NCBI GenBank assembly: GCA_037441285.1
Contig: JBBISL010000019.1
Coordinates: forward strand, 1 to 38,953
Source of the DNA: a candidate division WOR-3 bacterium
GTDB lineage: Bacteria > Hydrothermota > Tepidihabitantia > Tepidihabitantales > Tepidihabitantaceae
Direction: 5' to 3'
DNA: 38,953 bases
The number at the start of each line of letters is the position of its first letter. The first letter of the stretch is position 1. This document shows positions 36,192-38,953 of the stretch, piece after piece. The translations under genes were made by a program, and so were the position numbers. The notes below the pieces were generated by a model. The model searched no databases, had not been told where the DNA came from, and was given only the letters and a program-made list of their open reading frames with translations.

Positions 36192-36770
36192 TTAATAGAT
36201 AACGACAACGCCTGAGGGAATAACTTTAGCCCTAACTTGGCGGATACCGTTGCGTCGTTTGGCATACACCCGGATGCGATAGTTATAGCCGGTACGGGGT
36301 TCGTATCCGACAATGGTGCCCGTTGCACTGCGGTTGAGTTTAGCTGGACCAGCCCAGACGAAGACAATCGTTTCGATGATTGCCATCGGGTCGTAGAAGA
36401 ACGATTCGCGGTCTTCTTGCGACAAACCTTTAAACACATCACCGGCAATTTCCACATGGGAGTGGAAATTGCCCAGAAATCTCATCCGGAATTTACGCGC
36501 CAGTGCTTTGCGGCGTAAAAAAACCCTGCGAATGTTGGTCCAGTTTTTAAAAACAACGCCGGTACGGGTTTTCTCACCGCCCCGATAATAGCAAGAGCGG
36601 CGCACGATGAGCCGTTTATCCTGTGATATCGTGCCGTACAGAAATCCGAAGGTCTCTCGTTTGAACTTGGTTTCGTAACCGCGTCGGGCGAGGCAGCACA
36701 GTTCGCGTACGGCGGGTTCTTCAAAAAGAACCGGTGAGCGAAATACGACCAACGGATGTGGTGTGGCCAT
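36192..36770 (-). CDS. JAB1/MPN/Mov34 (JAMM) metalloenzyme-like protein
   Basis: ETFGFLYG ... LGNFHSH-x11-S-x2-D. Confidence 0.7.
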   Translation of the reverse strand: MATPHPLVVFRSPVLFEEPAVRELCCLARRGYETKFKRETFGFLYGTISQDKRLIVRRSCYYRGGEKTRTGVVFKNWTNIRRVFLRRKALARKFRMRFLGNFHSHVEIAGDVFKGLSQEDRESFFYDPMAIIETIVFVWAGPAKLNRSATGTIVGYEPRTGYNYRIRVYAKRRNGIRQVRAKVIPSGVVVIY

Positions 36771-36822
36771 CGGTGATGAATAATACCGGTATTGCTATTG
36801 TGGTCAAATAGTGCGTGAGAAC

Positions 36823-36892
36823 AAAAATGCCGCTGGAGGGCCTAGGCCTTAAGGTTGATAACTCCAACCAGGCAATCGCCCGACCAGCAGCA
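36823..36892 (-). ncRNA. Candidate small structured RNA or attenuator hairpin
   Basis: Nested stems UGCUGCUGG/CCAGCGGCA, GGGC/GCCC, GCC/GGC, GGUUG/CAACC, followed by UUUUU, downstream of a promoter-like TTGACT-N17-TATTTA. Confidence 0.4.
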
Positions 36893-36993
36893 GAAAATAA
36901 ATAGCAAAAACACAATTTCAAGTCAAGCAAAATTTTACTTTTTAAAACGGTAATAATTGACGGCATAATTAGGTATAATATTATCACTGCGGT

Positions 36994-37650
36994 ATGACAT
37001 TGGACGAGTTCGCATTGAAGAGAAATCGGATGGTTGAAGAGCAGATTGTCGCGCGGGGCGTAAAGGATGGGCGGGTGCTGGAGGCAATGCGGAAGGTGCC
37101 GCGTCATCTTTTTGTTCCCGAGGGTTTCGTTCATCAAGCCTATGATGATAATCCATTGCCTATTGGTCAGGGACAAACCATCTCTCAACCCTATATTGTT
37201 GCGGCGATGAGTGAGGCGTTACAGGTTGAGAAAAGCCACCGGGCCTTGGAAATCGGCACCGGCTCTGGGTATCAGACCGCAATACTTGCCGAACTTGCCA
37301 AAATGGTCTGGACCGTAGAAATTATCGAGGAGTTGTCGATTCGAGCGCGGCAGGTGCTCAATCGGCTCGATTATCGTAATATCCGGTTTCGAATTGGTGA
37401 TGGCAATATCGGCTGGCCCGAATTTGCTCCTTATGACCGGATAATTGTTACCGCTGCTGCCGAAAACTTTCCTTTTAAATTAACTGAACAACTGATTGAT
37501 GGTGGTCGAATAGTTGTGCCCGTTGGGTTTTCGGGACGGCAGACGCTTATTCTTGGCGTAAAACATAAAAATCGGGTCGTGCAAAGGCCCCTGATGGATG
37601 TGGTTTTTGTGCCTCTGGTGCGAGGCAAGCCGTCGCGGGTAGATGAATAA
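36994..37650 (+). CDS. pcm: Protein-L-isoaspartate O-methyltransferase
   Basis: VPRHLFV, GQTISQPY, LEIGTGSGYQTAILA, APYDRIIVTAA, FVPL. Confidence 0.96.
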   Translation: MTLDEFALKRNRMVEEQIVARGVKDGRVLEAMRKVPRHLFVPEGFVHQAYDDNPLPIGQGQTISQPYIVAAMSEALQVEKSHRALEIGTGSGYQTAILAELAKMVWTVEIIEELSIRARQVLNRLDYRNIRFRIGDGNIGWPEFAPYDRIIVTAAAENFPFKLTEQLIDGGRIVVPVGFSGRQTLILGVKHKNRVVQRPLMDVVFVPLVRGKPSRVDE

Positions 37651-37694
37651 AGCTGATATTGACTGAAGTCGAATATCGTTTATATTATATGAGA

Positions 37695-37769
37695 CGGGGC
37701 GTAGCGCAGTTGGTTTAGCGCGCTTGGTTCGGGACCAAGAGGTCGCTGGTTCAAATCCAGTCGCCCCGA
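37695..37769 (+). tRNA. tRNA-Pro (anticodon CGG)
   Basis: Acceptor stem CGGGGCG/CGCCCCG, anticodon arm CTTGG-TTCGGGA-CCAAG, T-arm GCTGG-TTCAAAT-CCAGT. CCA is not encoded. Upstream TTGACT...TATTAT. Confidence 0.96.
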
Positions 37770-37818
37770 CTTGTTTTTCCAGTATGTTTATTTTCTCGAA
37801 GGAAAGAAATCTACTACT

Positions 37819-38343
37819 ATGGTAAAGCTTCTGATTTCCGCTGAAGAGATTGCATGCCGGGTAAAGGAACTGGCAGACGAAATTTCCCGGGATTATGCGG
37901 ATAAAGAACTGCTGATGGTAGGGATTCTCAAGGGGTCGTGGATTTTTCTTGCCGACCTGGTGCGACAGTTACGGGTACCGGTTTTTGTCGATTTTATGAC
38001 CGTTTCCAGTTATGGCAAAAGTACCAAGTCTTCCGGTGTCGTAAAAATTGTCATGGATTTAAAATGTTCCATTGAGGGCAAGGATGTTTTGATTGTTGAA
38101 GATATTCTTGATACCGGTTTAACCTTGAAATATATCATTGAGAGTTTACAGTTGCGCAAACCAAACAGTTTAAAACTATGTGTGTTGATGGATAAACCTG
38201 AACGGCGCCGGGTCAGAATCGAGCCCGATTATCGCGGGTTTGTCGTGCCTGACAAATTTGTCGTCGGTTATGGCGCTGATTATGCGGAGCGGTTTCGAGG
38301 CTTACCTTATATCGGTTATGTCGAGGGAGAGAATGACCAATAA
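37819..38343 (+). CDS. hpt: Hypoxanthine phosphoribosyltransferase
   Basis: GILKGS.IF.ADL, SSYG..T.SSG, LIVEDILDTGLT, FVVGYG.DY. Start moved to ATG 37819. Confidence 0.96.
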   Translation: MVKLLISAEEIACRVKELADEISRDYADKELLMVGILKGSWIFLADLVRQLRVPVFVDFMTVSSYGKSTKSSGVVKIVMDLKCSIEGKDVLIVEDILDTGLTLKYIIESLQLRKPNSLKLCVLMDKPERRRVRIEPDYRGFVVPDKFVVGYGADYAERFRGLPYIGYVEGENDQ

Positions 38344-38953
38344 GGAGCTAAAGACGCTTCAAGAGTTTTTAAAGGTGAGTCGTGGAGAGGTACCAGGGGA
38401 CCTTCTGCTTAAAGGTGGTTATGTAGTCGATGTTTTTACCGGAGAGGTGCGCAGGACGAATGTCGTCATCAAAGGCGACCGAATTGCCGGTGTTGGTTCC
38501 GAATACAACAAGGCAAAACAGGTTGTTGATGTGTCCGGATTTTACATTGCTCCAGGGTTTATCGATGCCCACATCCATATTGAAAGTTCCTTGCTCTCAG
38601 TTGCCGAGTTTGCTCGTTTATGCTTATTGCACGGTACGACTGCCATTGTTGCGGATCCGCATGAAATTGCCAATGTTCTGGGTGAGCGCGGGGTGAATTA
38701 CATCCTCGAGGCGAGTGAAGGGTTGCCTTTTGATGTGTTTATTGCTGTTCCCTCCTGTGTTCCAGCCACATCTCTGGAAACCAATGGGGGAAAAATTGAT
38801 GCGTCGGCAGTAGAGAGACTCTTAAAGCACAAGCGGGTTATCGGACTGGCAGAGGTGATGAACTATCCCGCGGTAATTTTCGGAGATAAGGATGTTCTGC
38901 AAAAGATTCAGGCGGCAAAATCGTCGGAGAAGAGGGTAGAGGGCCATTCTCCT
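38333..38953 (+). CDS. ade: Adenine deaminase (partial, runs off the window)
   Basis: Own translation from ATG 38333: MTNKE...DLLLKGG.VVDVFTGE...PGFIDAHIHIESS...HGTTAIVADPHEIANV...GLAEVMNYP. Absent from the ORF track because it has no stop in the window. Confidence 0.92.
   Translation, partial: MTNKELKTLQEFLKVSRGEVPGDLLLKGGYVVDVFTGEVRRTNVVIKGDRIAGVGSEYNKAKQVVDVSGFYIAPGFIDAHIHIESSLLSVAEFARLCLLHGTTAIVADPHEIANVLGERGVNYILEASEGLPFDVFIAVPSCVPATSLETNGGKIDASAVERLLKHKRVIGLAEVMNYPAVIFGDKDVLQKIQAAKSSEKRVEGHSP

Noticed and set aside
37767..37772. tRNA lacking encoded CCA, or tRNA as an integration site
   Set aside because: A non-encoded CCA is common in bacteria, and I saw no duplicated tRNA 3' end or integrase.

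Overview
A gene-dense bacterial chromosomal segment, mostly on the + strand. The gene content suggests an anaerobe, probably a candidate-phylum lineage near the FCB group such as WOR-3 (inference only, no taxonomic marker was tested). Housekeeping genes include the alpha operon (rpsM-rpsK-rpsD-rpoA-rplQ), panD, rsfS, ptsN, fhs, apgM, a stand-alone IMP cyclohydrolase, pcm, tRNA-Pro(CGG), hpt and a partial ade. There is also a set of T9SS-like components: a PorV-type barrel, four proteins with T9SS-like C-terminal sorting domains, and among them two large gingipain-like C25 peptidases. Lipid genes are two plsY, gpsA, a DegV-DAK2 fatty-acid-kinase fusion and a three-gene activator/DUF2229 cluster resembling a split PlsA/PlsR/Ger ether-lipid synthase. 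The most notable observations are: (1) an exact 300-bp inverted repeat inside the two oppositely oriented C25 genes, flanking about 28 kb, where an inversion would swap their C-termini in frame; (2) a FakB-FakA-TM-PAS-like fusion coupled to a PlsY paralog lacking the catalytic His; (3) the candidate ether-lipid module; (4) a 65-nt hairpin between a promoter and a U-tract upstream of an orphan JAB/MPN gene; (5) recurrent leaderless-type promoters. No transposase, integrase, reverse transcriptase or CRISPR array was seen. All functional calls come from motif recognition by eye, with no database searches.
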